Assembly: GCA_001687465.1 (NCBI GenBank)
Contig: LVLI01000369.1
Span: 46,102-66,101 of the forward strand
From: Halocafeteria seosinensis
Lineage: Eukaryota
Length of the DNA: 20,000 nucleotides
Direction of reading: 5' to 3'
Shown here: positions 1 to 10,673 of the stretch, piece by piece
Position numbering within the stretch: position 1 is the first letter of the stretch
Layout: each line of letters starts with the position of its first letter
The notes under the pieces: generated by a model
Seen by the model: only the letters and a program-made list of their open reading frames with translations
What the model was told of the DNA's origin: nothing
Database searches by the model: none
Position numbers and translations under genes: made by a program

Positions 1-697
1 CTTGTTGCTAGCAAACAATGAAACTTGCTGAAGTGAAATAGTTGCTGCCCCCAATTGTACTGCGAACTTCGTAGCAGCCCAAGCGAAGAGAGGAAAAGTT
101 CGTTTTACGGAAACGATTCTTGCTGAATCGTTGCTTATAGCATCTCTACTGTGGGGAAGTGAGTGAGCCTAAAAATCTCGGGAGCCACAAGCAATGGATT
201 TGGTTCCTCGTGAATTGTGCAATCTGCAAGTTGTAAACATGCAATCTCGCGGCTTCATCCGCGTATGTTACGACATAGTGGCTTTTCTCCCCTGGAAACA
301 TATTTGATTTTTTTGTGGATTCAGGTTGTGCAAACGGGGCCACGAAATCTATCGTAGTCTTCTTTCTTGCAGAAATTTGCGCACAGTCGTATTCAATATC
401 CATGTGATTATTAGCATTAGTGTGGAGATCAATCAACATCAATTTTAACTTCTTATGCATATTCCCTGCTTTGATCTTGTGAAAACATCGTGCGACCTCC
501 TCGACTTAGCCGTTAACGTTCGTTAAGCCTCTTCTACAGGGATCTGAGGCACATTATTCCCTTGAAGGCGTCTTATTGTTTTTCCATCTATTTGTATAAC
601 ATTCTGATACCTGCACTTGGAGGAGCAGGTGCTTTTGTCGTTAGACAGCGCCTTGCATGGACTAGAGTAGGGAGTACATCACAAGAGCGCCGGGACC

Positions 698-3600
698 ATG
701 ACGCGTTCCAAGAGCCGCAAGGAGCGAATTAAGGATTTTGGAATCGATTGTGGGGACGGCCTTGAATGGGGGGGAGGCACATGGAAGCCAGGAGGGGAGT
801 ACATCAAACATTTACCCGTGAAAAATGTGTCTACCAAGATACTCAAGGTGCGCTACAAGCTACCGAAGACCAAGTTCTTCTCGATGGAGTTTCCTGACCC
901 TCTTCGACTAGCCCCAGGAAATGAAGTACTATTAGAAGTGCGATTTAGACCTATTCGGCTCGAAGAGTACGATGACTTCATCGAGTTCTACACGGAGGGA
1001 GGGTCTTTCCAAGTCCCCGTGAGAGCCAGGTTAAGTCGGCTTGCGGTGGACGTTCCTCAATTCCTGGATGTAGGATTATGTCCGGTCAACGAGACGGTTG
1101 CCAAGACGGTAGAGTTGTCCAATGTAGGAGAAATAGCGGCCAACTATGAATGGGACGTTGCAGCTCCGTTCAGCATAGAACCAGCCAAAGGAGAAATAGG
1201 AGCCGGCAAGAAGAAAACGTTGACAGTGTACACTCACCCTCAAAACGCCAACGTTTTTGAGAGTACAGCTATTTGCACAATATATGGAGCCCCGGAGAAA
1301 ACGTCTGGAACGCATGGTGTATCCGGTCCAAGTAAGCTGGTGAGACGGTTTCACATAAACGCTGTGGGCAAATACCAATTCATCATGCTCGAAACTGAAG
1401 TTACCGATTTTGGGAAAGTACTGATCTCATCAGAAGGAACCAGCCATAAACGCAAAGTAAAATTATCGAATATGAGCCCTGTTCCTGCAACTCTAACTGT
1501 CAAGAGATTGGATGATGACCGCTTACCAGATTTTGCGATTTCCCCCAAAGAGACAGTGATACCTGGGTATGGGACGCAAGATATCACCTTATCTTATCGT
1601 CCTAGGGTTCCGGGATACTATTCCTGCGAAAAGTTCTTATTTTTGACACCGGGAGGAAACGTCGCACGCTTAACTGTCCGTGCACTCGCGCAGGGGCCAA
1701 TTGTGACCCTGTCAAGGAAAGATACTGCTGGTTCGTCGACGCCGAGGATGCGTTCAACAACGTTCAATTTCGGAGACTTATACCTCCCGCCCACTGGGAA
1801 CGATGCTATCGGAAAGAAAACCTCCCAAAAGGATACTCCGATAAAGACGCTTGTATTAACACTTCGGAATTTTAGTGGAACGACCTCCTACTTCTCTTTC
1901 GATACAAGTGGATTAGGAGTTTTCCGTCTGTCCAAGACTCATGGGAGCATCCCTCCATATTTGTCCACCGAGGTGATTGTCGCATTCAGACCAGGCGCTT
2001 TTGGAAACTACTATAGAAGACTGTACTGCAAGATTCGAGATAGCTCGCCCCTTTATGCCGATCTCCTGGGGACTGCCTACGATGATAAACAAAGGCCTTT
2101 TCCGATGAAGGAGACCCACATTGATATATACCGTTTGCGACCTCCTGCGGTAAAGAGGTTATCTGCAGCCGAACTGGGCTCTCTAATGAGCACTCTGCAG
2201 AACGATAACATGGAAGAATTGACGTTTGGAGAGGAAGATGGAACGTTGGGCCACTCTCGTCATGACACAAAGTCATCAACTAGTCGAAGATCTCGTCCAT
2301 TCATATTATCGGTAGAAACCCTCATGAGTGAGAGAGAGTTTAGGCTAAAGCGTCCGGAATTTGTCATCGCTGAAAACTCTAAGGCGGTCGGAGCAATGCG
2401 GCCAACGTCGTCTTCTTTGGGAAAAACTTTAGACCGTGCCAATACAAATGGTAAACAGACAACGCTTCCAACCGAAGAGATTGCGGAAGTTTGTCAGACG
2501 CACAATTCTGACTTGAGTAATGATCAGTTGTACACTGTTACTCGTAGTGGCGAAACGGATCGAGCGACTTGTTCCCTTTATTCAGAAATATTTGGGACAT
2601 CAAATGGTGATGCCCCACTAGAGGTGCTGGAGAACTTGTTGGACTTTGGTGCTGGGAGTCGAACGCGTATTAATGAGAAGAAGTCTTTGCATATTCGAAA
2701 CAACACGCGTTACAAAATGTCTGTGGAGCTTGTTGTCCCTGTCTCGACCATAGGGGGTACCACGGGTCCCTTGGAGAACGAAGAGTTCCGCAATCTATAC
2801 ATCGACGGCGCTCATAATTGGCATGTCTCAAGTACCTGCTTTGACGTCGACGCAGAATCTACCATTGAAGCTGTGATTTCGTTCAGGCCTTTGACTGATG
2901 ATGTTTATTACTCCGATGAGCTTGAGATTTACGCAACACCAAAACTGAACCGGAGTTTCCGTTTGGTAGATGAAGAAACATTCATCCCTCCTTATTTTTG
3001 CAGTGTAGAGCTCCGAGGACACACGTTTAGGACGACGGAACAATTTGTTCCGCGGCTGGAGCCGGTGCTGCGGTATTCTTGTGCCGATGGCTCGGCCGAA
3101 GACTCACTGATAAAAGGAGTTCGGGATATTCAAATGCCAGCCTGCTTTGTTGGTGATTCCACGTTCTATACCTTTGAGTTGTTGAACAGTGGTGATACTC
3201 CGGCGACCTTTCGCATTGAAACGGGTTATTCTCACGTGTTCTCGGTTCAGCCAACATCGGGGAAGATTGAAGCTGGTGAATTCCACTTGATATGCATTCA
3301 GTTTTCTCCAACTCATGTTAGGAAATTCAAGGAAAACCTTAAACTTATCATGAACGAAGATCCTAATCACGCTCAACAATTGGCCGCCACGGGTTTGGGA
3401 ACCAGTCCTGCTTTGCAACTTCATAATCTCCCCTCCAAGGGGACCGTGTATATTAAACCGACCTGTATCGGGGTAACTTCGTATGCAACGTTTGAATTAC
3501 TTAACACCTCTAGGACACCACTAAACTTCTCTTGGAATTTACTGGGGGAATCAAGAGACCAATTCGAAATAAGGCCGCCATATGGTTTCTTGCAGGGTAA

Positions 3601-6600
3601 TGACAGCGTTGAAGTCCGAATTAGTTACCTGCCCACCCGGAAGGGTTTCGCCAAGCTTAGTGCTCGCTGTGATGCGAGACCTGCCGGCCATGTCGACAGG
3701 GATTGGGAAATTGCCTCCGCGCAAGCCAGTGAATGGTTCGATGAAGATACCGCAACTCCTACTTCGGCTCTTAAACTTGTATATGCGGAGTCAGTCGAAG
3801 AACTTACGGAAATGGTGTCGACGAGAAGCCTTTTTACTACAGATTCCGCGGCTTCAAGTGTTCAGTCTGTCTCGGTTAATGTTGAGACTGAGGCTGGTCC
3901 AGGCGCCCTGCAGTTCTCTCCGACCAATGTACAGTTTGGTGCATTGTTGGTAGATACTACTAGGCATCGGACAATCACTGTATTGAACAGAAGCGATTGT
4001 ACGGTGCACTTTAGGCTTGGAGCGTATGTTGATGCCTTCGAGCAATGTCTCGATTCATACGAATTTTATTCTCGGGAGAATGATTCTCGCGATCCCAATG
4101 CTTGCCTAGTGTTTGAGCCGGGAGAGTGCACCCTGCAACCACATAGCTCTGTGGCAGTCACAGTATCCTTCACACCGGAATTCCCTGCTCGTTATGTGAT
4201 CAGAGCGTTTTACGAGATACTGGAAAACAGCGACACATCGCAAATATCCGATGCCGCCTCGGAACAACTGAAGGTCAGCATGAATGCAGCTAAAAGCGCT
4301 GCGAGACAAATGGCATCTAGAATCGCCAATGGATATTTAGTCAGGATGGATGAGCCCCCAGATAATGAAGATGTCCTGTGGTGTGAGCTAATCGGGTGCG
4401 GTGCATACCCTTCTGTTGTCCTAGAGGACGTACGCGGACTAAACAGCATCGAGTCTTTGTTGACTTTTTTCCCGAAGCCTCCTGCACGGAGAGGGGTTCC
4501 GCTTTTGTGTCAGGATGCCGACCAAGAGCGTGAAGGGGAAGCACTTTACTACCACAAATTAAATGTAAATTATGGTCGCGATGGCGTTGCGTTTCTGGCC
4601 AACCAAGTTGGCTCGGACAGGTCTTTGCCCGAACGGAGGGACACTTCCGTACCTGTAGGAGGTGATCACCAAGGGGGCTGGCTCTTTCCCTGCACCGTGG
4701 GCCTCCCCGGAGATGTACACCCCCTAGCATTGCCTTCGAGTCACACGGGTCAGGAAAAGCAAGCCCGGGAGGAAGTGGGAGAAGTTATGTCGTATCAAGA
4801 CTTGTCCTCGTGTCTGTGCAAATTTCTCGGACTGGATAGGAGCAAAGTACCTAATGTCGATTCGATTCAATTTAAGATCCATAACTCTGCTTCTGCAAGT
4901 TCTCGGATGTGGAACCAAATGTCGCTTCAAGGCTTGAACTCTGCGCTATCGTCTCCCTTGACGGATAAAGAATTGCAATTCAACAAAGCCACCCATGATA
5001 TGGATCCTGCCACGTATTTAGAAACAATCCCCTTGGAATTTACTCCCGCCCCTCTGGGATCACCGCCGCAGTTAGTGGCCTTCAACGTTCGTAACAGTAG
5101 CCGTTTACCAGCAAATATTGATCTTCGGTGGGAGCATGATCCCGATGTTGACATAGAGCCCTGGGCAGCGACAACAGAACCTACAGAAACCGAAGTTAGG
5201 CTACGCCAGCTAGTAGATCGCCGAATATTCGGTGTTTTTCCTAGGCAGGCAACTCTGGAACCGGGTGAGGCAACTACAATTTATTTCTTCTACTCGTACG
5301 TTTCGACTGTTTCAAAGGGCGTACATGAGCTCCCGTTGATATTCCGAGTCTTCAAAGGGAAACAGATCCGACTTGTCCTTAGGGGGCGCACTCTCGACCC
5401 ATCTGCTCCTTACCTATACATGACATCTCCTAACCGATCATACAACCTTGCCGCCGTTCCCGTCGGATGCGTGGACCCTCCGAGGCAGCCTATTAAACTG
5501 ATAAACCCAACTGGTATTGATGTGGCGTTTGCTCTGGACGAGAGTTCCCTTGAAGCGTATGCTCATGAAAATCATAATTTTAGCGTACTTCGCGCTTCTC
5601 TGCGGCCGCCATTTAATATGCTCAAACCCTCGGAGGCTAGTGGGGAAATAACAGAAGCTGTTATTCAGCAGCTTCTCAGTGGACGCCAGCCGCAAGATTA
5701 CTATAGTGGTGTCGAGCGTGTGGGAATTATTCCTGCACAGAGCGAAAGCACTATATGGATTACGTTCCAGCCCTTGGAGGCGAAAGAGTATGTTTGCCCC
5801 TTGCGGATTGTTTATACATATGCTAGCACGCTAAAATCCACCGAAGGCTGGAGTTCCGAGGAGGTGCGAATGATGGCTAGTCATCTCCGCCGAGTAGACC
5901 CTTCGCTGGAATTCTTTCCGGAAAACTCGGTGGCCAACGTATCCGTGGCGGAAACGCTCCCCCCTTTGTTGGAAGATATTGGGGATCTAACAATCACATT
6001 GAGGGGCAAGGGCTACAATCCCAGTGACTACGATGTTACGACATTACGATATGATGACCCTAGAGGTGTCCCCGATCTTGGTATAGGCGCAGGCATGATC
6101 CGAAACGGGTTTTCACTCGGTATTATCAAAGAAGAGCTCGCCAAGAAATCGAACTGTGTGAAGAAATTCAAGACCATGGAACTTTCTCCCAGCGTACCGA
6201 CACTCAGCCGATTTTCAGCCATGTATCGCGCTGGTAGTGCTACTCTAGACAGGTGGTATTCCTCGTTGTTGAGTGTGACAGGTATGGACAATGGAAGCGA
6301 TGATGGTTTTGCACCGCTGGATCATGAGTATTCGCAAGTTAGGAATAAAACGAGTGAGGGTCGTTACAGCTGGTTGCCAGTATCCAATCGAGCAGCTGAA
6401 GAGGTTAGGCAGAAGCGCTGCCAGCAACGGGCCAGTCACGAAGCATTTCTCTCCCGTATGGACATGCTTGTTCGGCATTCTAATGCTACACAGAGTGAGC
6501 TATTCCAGCGACCCAATCCGGCGAAACCCAACGATCCTCGTATTACTGCTTCTGAAGACACCGTCACAGAGTACCTAAGCGGAACAAATTATCGTCCTGG

Positions 6601-8410
6601 TGAAGAACCACAAGCAAAATTTGGCGGATTTCAGGCCCCTAGGAGGTACGTTGATGTATCGCAGCCTTGGATACCTGAATCTTACGTTAGTATTTTTGGA
6701 GAAGACGTGCAATTTGGTGATGTCTCGACTAGCTCTGTTTCGCAAAGGATAATTATATTGCGGAACACTCGCAGCGCTGAAGCATTAGGTGAGGCTGTCC
6801 ATAGTGATTACGTTAAGAGAGCAAAAGAATTGGCCACCGAAAAGAGCGAACAACAAGATAAGACTGTCAACGAACAAGGAGGTGAGGGGAAATCTGAGGC
6901 GCCGCGAATGCTCCTAAAAGGAGAGGAATATTCTATTACTATGGAGCGAAACGTAGGGGATGGATCAGGGCCTGTTGTGTTTTGCTGGGACATGACAAAT
7001 CCCTTAGTAAGGAGTGGGGTAATTAGAATCCAGCCTGCACGGGGAGTAATTGAACCTGAAGGGTGTCTAGTTGTACGTGTAACCCTTCATTCCCCGCCTA
7101 AACCCTGTGTTATTGATTCTGATATTGCGCTAGCCGTTGGTATGACTATGGATGAACTGCGATCCCACGCTTCGGCTATCATTAAGAGAAGTCAAGAGCG
7201 CAGCAAACGGTCTCGCAGTAGCAAAGGAGGCAACGGAGCACCCGACCCCGTGCATGTGAGTGTAGCTATGAAGTCAACGTTTAGTCGGTCGAAATCAGTG
7301 GAAGAACTCCAGAAAGCCAAAACAGCTAAAGCGGGGGCTGTCAGCGAGCAGAACCGTCAAAACACTGCTGAAGCCGAGTTGGTTACTCAATCCCATGCTC
7401 CACTGGAGGCTTTGCAAGGGCAAGCTGATATAGCGTCGATGATGGCACGCATATTGGCTCCCACAGAGATCATGTCACCAGAGTTTGCTGGGACCTTGCT
7501 GAGGGATCCCAATGTCCTGTGTGCAATGTCACTCAACATACCTGAACTTAGAACCTTGGAGTCGAGCTCTTCAGGGAAGAGCAGAGAAGATTCGATCACG
7601 AAGGTTACAGCTTTGGAAGACAAGAGCGTCGGAAACCGAATGCTTGAACTCCCATTGACGAAGTCAAGCGTAGCCTCGCTAAGACGAATAGAAGGGGCTT
7701 CCAACCAGGAGCAAATTGTAGAAAACTTACAACAGCTCAACCCTTCTACGGTTTACGGCACGTTCTTGCCTCACCAAGATGCTCGCAGTGGTCGACGAAT
7801 GTCGGCTTCGTTAACGATGGAAGGATCATCTGCAATCTCCGGTACAGGTACTGGCAAAGGGACTCTATCCGGCTCACGAACTGGTAAGAGTAAGAGTGAT
7901 GCGTCTCTGCAACAATTTATGCATCTTCCGGGAGTTCCACGTGGTAGATTGTATATGCACGTCGGTGCCCGAATCTGTTCTGACTCAGAATTTCTGGACA
8001 CTCACGGTAGATATAAGGCGCTCTCGATGAAAAAATTTGAGTCACCAGCTCCACAGTCCCCAGAACGGCTTTTGAGGACACTTGGTGGGAAAATGGAGGT
8101 GGAGGACGAATTAAAAGGCATCACACAGCCACAACTGCATGATGCAGAAAGTGCTGCCGTAGTAACCGATGTCGTTACCGACATGCTCGCGGATGTGGTT
8201 GCGGACAAGAGCATCGCAGAAGAGTATCGAGTGAGCCGTCAAACAACCCGTCGCTCAGCTAAAGCAAGTAAAAGAGTGTCTCAATGTTCTCTCCGGCAAC
8301 TAGCGATTCAAGAAGACGAATGTGCTGAAATAACTTCTCGTTGCCTGGAAAGCACAATTCTGAACCTCTGCAAGGAGATAGTTAGTGGAGATTTTGCAAA
8401 GAATTTCTAG
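698..8410 (+). CDS. CFAP65: Cilia- and flagella-associated protein 65-like, with multiple ASH/PapD-like Ig domains; single exon, 2570 aa
   Basis: Uninterrupted ATG(698)..TAG(8410) ORF. The N-terminus FGIDC...WKPGGEYIKHLPVKN...YKLPKTKFF...LAPG...VRFRPIRLEEYDDFIEF matches my recollection of the CFAP65 N-terminus. Repeated ASH-type modules occur: (L/V)DFG...L.N...F.I.P..G.I.......V.F.P. Further CFAP65-like blocks include GAYPSVVLEDV, MWNQMSLQGLNSAL and DIEPWAATTEPTETE. Confidence 0.88.
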   Translation: MTRSKSRKERIKDFGIDCGDGLEWGGGTWKPGGEYIKHLPVKNVSTKILKVRYKLPKTKFFSMEFPDPLRLAPGNEVLLEVRFRPIRLEEYDDFIEFYTEGGSFQVPVRARLSRLAVDVPQFLDVGLCPVNETVAKTVELSNVGEIAANYEWDVAAPFSIEPAKGEIGAGKKKTLTVYTHPQNANVFESTAICTIYGAPEKTSGTHGVSGPSKLVRRFHINAVGKYQFIMLETEVTDFGKVLISSEGTSHKRKVKLSNMSPVPATLTVKRLDDDRLPDFAISPKETVIPGYGTQDITLSYRPRVPGYYSCEKFLFLTPGGNVARLTVRALAQGPIVTLSRKDTAGSSTPRMRSTTFNFGDLYLPPTGNDAIGKKTSQKDTPIKTLVLTLRNFSGTTSYFSFDTSGLGVFRLSKTHGSIPPYLSTEVIVAFRPGAFGNYYRRLYCKIRDSSPLYADLLGTAYDDKQRPFPMKETHIDIYRLRPPAVKRLSAAELGSLMSTLQNDNMEELTFGEEDGTLGHSRHDTKSSTSRRSRPFILSVETLMSEREFRLKRPEFVIAENSKAVGAMRPTSSSLGKTLDRANTNGKQTTLPTEEIAEVCQTHNSDLSNDQLYTVTRSGETDRATCSLYSEIFGTSNGDAPLEVLENLLDFGAGSRTRINEKKSLHIRNNTRYKMSVELVVPVSTIGGTTGPLENEEFRNLYIDGAHNWHVSSTCFDVDAESTIEAVISFRPLTDDVYYSDELEIYATPKLNRSFRLVDEETFIPPYFCSVELRGHTFRTTEQFVPRLEPVLRYSCADGSAEDSLIKGVRDIQMPACFVGDSTFYTFELLNSGDTPATFRIETGYSHVFSVQPTSGKIEAGEFHLICIQFSPTHVRKFKENLKLIMNEDPNHAQQLAATGLGTSPALQLHNLPSKGTVYIKPTCIGVTSYATFELLNTSRTPLNFSWNLLGESRDQFEIRPPYGFLQGNDSVEVRISYLPTRKGFAKLSARCDARPAGHVDRDWEIASAQASEWFDEDTATPTSALKLVYAESVEELTEMVSTRSLFTTDSAASSVQSVSVNVETEAGPGALQFSPTNVQFGALLVDTTRHRTITVLNRSDCTVHFRLGAYVDAFEQCLDSYEFYSRENDSRDPNACLVFEPGECTLQPHSSVAVTVSFTPEFPARYVIRAFYEILENSDTSQISDAASEQLKVSMNAAKSAARQMASRIANGYLVRMDEPPDNEDVLWCELIGCGAYPSVVLEDVRGLNSIESLLTFFPKPPARRGVPLLCQDADQEREGEALYYHKLNVNYGRDGVAFLANQVGSDRSLPERRDTSVPVGGDHQGGWLFPCTVGLPGDVHPLALPSSHTGQEKQAREEVGEVMSYQDLSSCLCKFLGLDRSKVPNVDSIQFKIHNSASASSRMWNQMSLQGLNSALSSPLTDKELQFNKATHDMDPATYLETIPLEFTPAPLGSPPQLVAFNVRNSSRLPANIDLRWEHDPDVDIEPWAATTEPTETEVRLRQLVDRRIFGVFPRQATLEPGEATTIYFFYSYVSTVSKGVHELPLIFRVFKGKQIRLVLRGRTLDPSAPYLYMTSPNRSYNLAAVPVGCVDPPRQPIKLINPTGIDVAFALDESSLEAYAHENHNFSVLRASLRPPFNMLKPSEASGEITEAVIQQLLSGRQPQDYYSGVERVGIIPAQSESTIWITFQPLEAKEYVCPLRIVYTYASTLKSTEGWSSEEVRMMASHLRRVDPSLEFFPENSVANVSVAETLPPLLEDIGDLTITLRGKGYNPSDYDVTTLRYDDPRGVPDLGIGAGMIRNGFSLGIIKEELAKKSNCVKKFKTMELSPSVPTLSRFSAMYRAGSATLDRWYSSLLSVTGMDNGSDDGFAPLDHEYSQVRNKTSEGRYSWLPVSNRAAEEVRQKRCQQRASHEAFLSRMDMLVRHSNATQSELFQRPNPAKPNDPRITASEDTVTEYLSGTNYRPGEEPQAKFGGFQAPRRYVDVSQPWIPESYVSIFGEDVQFGDVSTSSVSQRIIILRNTRSAEALGEAVHSDYVKRAKELATEKSEQQDKTVNEQGGEGKSEAPRMLLKGEEYSITMERNVGDGSGPVVFCWDMTNPLVRSGVIRIQPARGVIEPEGCLVVRVTLHSPPKPCVIDSDIALAVGMTMDELRSHASAIIKRSQERSKRSRSSKGGNGAPDPVHVSVAMKSTFSRSKSVEELQKAKTAKAGAVSEQNRQNTAEAELVTQSHAPLEALQGQADIASMMARILAPTEIMSPEFAGTLLRDPNVLCAMSLNIPELRTLESSSSGKSREDSITKVTALEDKSVGNRMLELPLTKSSVASLRRIEGASNQEQIVENLQQLNPSTVYGTFLPHQDARSGRRMSASLTMEGSSAISGTGTGKGTLSGSRTGKSKSDASLQQFMHLPGVPRGRLYMHVGARICSDSEFLDTHGRYKALSMKKFESPAPQSPERLLRTLGGKMEVEDELKGITQPQLHDAESAAVVTDVVTDMLADVVADKSIAEEYRVSRQTTRRSAKASKRVSQCSLRQLAIQEDECAEITSRCLESTILNLCKEIVSGDFAKNF

Positions 8411-8483
8411 AAGTGCGTTTGCTTCGTGTGAACCAAAATTTGGAAAAATCGCTTCTCTCGTCTGAGCATTTAGAGCATCGCCC

Positions 8484-10673
8484 TTAGCCACTGTTTGTCC
8501 TTAGGGCGGGAATACATATATTGTAGAATTCGTTCTTGAGAAAGGGCCCAGCTTGGTCCTTGTTAGAAAGGATATCCATACGCTGCCAGTAGAGAGGGGG
8601 AGCTCGAGAGGACTTATAAGATGCGTTTATGTCGCTTTGGAGAGCACCAGTGGCGTCAGTCTTCGGACGGCACCCGTGATAGTGGGGATCCAGAATGAGC
8701 AGCCATCTATGCGGTTGGCCTTTTCTCTTGGCTGCCCCAACGATAGTTAGAGCAAGCATTCCCCCACCAACAATGACAGGACCTCCGGCTTTGCCGAAAT
8801 GATCCACTAAAATATCAGTATATTTGCTCAAATCGATACCACTTTGAAAATGAACGTGTTTAAAGTTCACACTCGTCAAATGTTGGATAACTTTAGCAGC
8901 TTCGAAACTCCCAATCCACTCCTTAGATCCTACCAAAGAAGTACTCTTATTATCGACCTTCACTAGTATACGTTGAATGCCCACGTGTGATGGAATTGTA
9001 GGCCCAAATACTGAAGACTTCTCCGAGTGCAAGAGGTGATGTTCGCACTGCTTTAGGGCGCTAATGTCCTCGCGTAACACCCAAGACAGTACTGTTTGCA
9101 GCGCCCTGTATGCACATCCCCACCCAGTATCGTCAAGTTCAAATAACTTGTAATGATGATATTCAATGTCCCCACGGCATATAGCTGTTATAACGTGGTC
9201 ATGCTTGCCGGGGGGGCTTGATGTCTCCAGCTGCATATTCAGCAGAGGCTCCGTCTCGGCATTCTCCGAGACTAGCTCATGTGACCATATATCAGAGCAC
9301 TCTTGCCCAAGACGTGCTATTCGTGAACTCATCCCATCGCCTTCCCCTTGCAACTCACACCAGCCTCTGACATCCTCGTCATTACCGTTGTACCAATTCA
9401 ACAACCGGGGGACACCGTACGGGGCCCCGAATCGAACTACTGTTTTAACAACTTCTACATCTTTGTGTACCGTCGGAATACAACCCATACGGTAGGAAAG
9501 CCTATCAATTAAACGCAGCAAACACATAGCGCAGCACTTTACGGTAGCCTTGGCAGAAAATAACCCAGTGACTAACAATTTCCACTCCCCGCGTGCTCTG
9601 TCCGATTCCCTTCCAGCGCCAATGTGTTCCACAAACTCAGAAATAATGGGACAAGCAACGGGTACGCTGACACTCCGTGCCACCGTTTTGTAAACTGGGG
9701 ATGGATTATCTTTCCATGCGTTCTCCAGAGACTTGTCACTGCTCAAGTTCGGTATAGACCCTGCGTCAACACACACAGACTCTTCAAATCCTTCATCTCC
9801 ATTAGACTTTTCCTGAGGTCAAAACCAAAACAAAGCAGAACTAGGGGGATGCTAACACACTCGAAGATGCTGCGTACACATCGGCTTACTTACCCTCAGC
9901 ACACAAGCATCGCTCCGCAGCTGGAAATAAACTCCCGGAGTCGTACGCCTAACACTCGCCCCTTTAAAACGAGTTCCTACTTCATCTTGGCAGATATAAG
10001 AGGTCCTGCAGAATTGATTCTCGCTCCAATTTTGCTTTGAAATTCGCCAGGCCTTGTTGTCAAACGTCCATCCATTTTTCTCAGGAAGGCAGGTGGCCAC
10101 CGTGACCAAAAACCCATCAGCAGGCCCTGTGTAGCTCCACCCTTTGCGTCCCTCTAGAGCAAGTCGGGAAAAACATTGCACAAGCGTTTGGTCAATTGAC
10201 GGAGACTGTTCTTCGACAAGGTTGGTATCATCTCGTTGCTCAATGGCGATTCCTAGCAAAGGAGCCACAAAAGTGTCCGCCAGTTGGCCGATGCTCTCCG
10301 CCACAGCTTCTCGAGTACGGCGACCTGCATTTTTGGGAAACCGTACACCGGGTACTACGGCAAGAATTTCGACGGTAGACATCTCGGAATCATCATTATT
10401 CGCTTCGACATTGTGCGTAAAGTGGCCGAACAGCAGTGCACACGCCACATCCTCCCTCCTGCCATTTCCAGCTCCATTTTTCTTCTCCCTGAGCGTCTTC
10501 CACCACAGGATCATGTACTGGGTCATCCACCATATAAACTCGGATAATAGCGCAAAAACGTAGCTGAATATCCCTAAATGACCCTTATTCGAAGACTTCC
10601 ATTGTGAACTCGGAAGGGTGCTGTCTTCAAAAGCCCGAGGGAGATTATCCAGCGCTTGTTTACTCCATTCCAT
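8484..10673 (-). CDS. UFSP2: UFM1-specific protease 2-like (peptidase family C78) with long N-terminal region; exons 10673-9894 and 9812-8484, about 702 aa
   Basis: The C-terminal domain has YHHY...DDTGWGCAYRALQT (catalytic Cys codon 9116-9114), IPSHVGIQRILV, VGSKEWIGSFEA, PVIVGGG, LILDPHY (Asp/His, 8690-8682) and FYNICIP, all UFSP signatures. The two ORF-track pieces are in the same frame and are joined by a phase-0 81-nt intron (9893 GTAAGT...TTTTGACCTCAG 9813). The ORF-track start at 10718 is TTG; the first ATG is at 10673 (context ACAATGG), with an upstream in-frame TAA at 10736-10734. The catalytic domain is well supported; the 5' end is less certain. Confidence 0.85.
9813..9893 (-). other. 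Spliceosomal intron of UFSP2 (81 nt, phase 0)
   Basis: GTAAGT donor, pyrimidine-rich tract and CTCAG acceptor. It contains two in-frame stops (TAG, TGA), and removal joins ...ACVLR to EKSNG... Confidence 0.75.

Noticed and set aside
112..132. Inverted repeat AACGATTC-TTGCT-GAATCGTT (8-bp stem)
   Set aside because: A single short hairpin like this can arise by chance in 20 kb, and there is no supporting context.
146..460. 104-aa minus-strand ORF upstream of CFAP65
   Set aside because: No recognisable motif or convincing splice structure. It could be a gene fragment, but this cannot be supported from the sequence.
1076..8214. Numerous 60-130 aa antisense or alternate-frame ORFs within CFAP65 (and similarly within the other genes)
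   Set aside because: They are shadows of real CDSs, many begin at non-ATG codons, and none has recognisable motifs.
9813..9893. Stop-codon readthrough or an alternative genetic code joining the two same-frame UFSP ORFs
   Set aside because: Two different stops (TAG and TGA) lie within a canonical GT-AG intron, and all three stop codons terminate genes elsewhere in the window.
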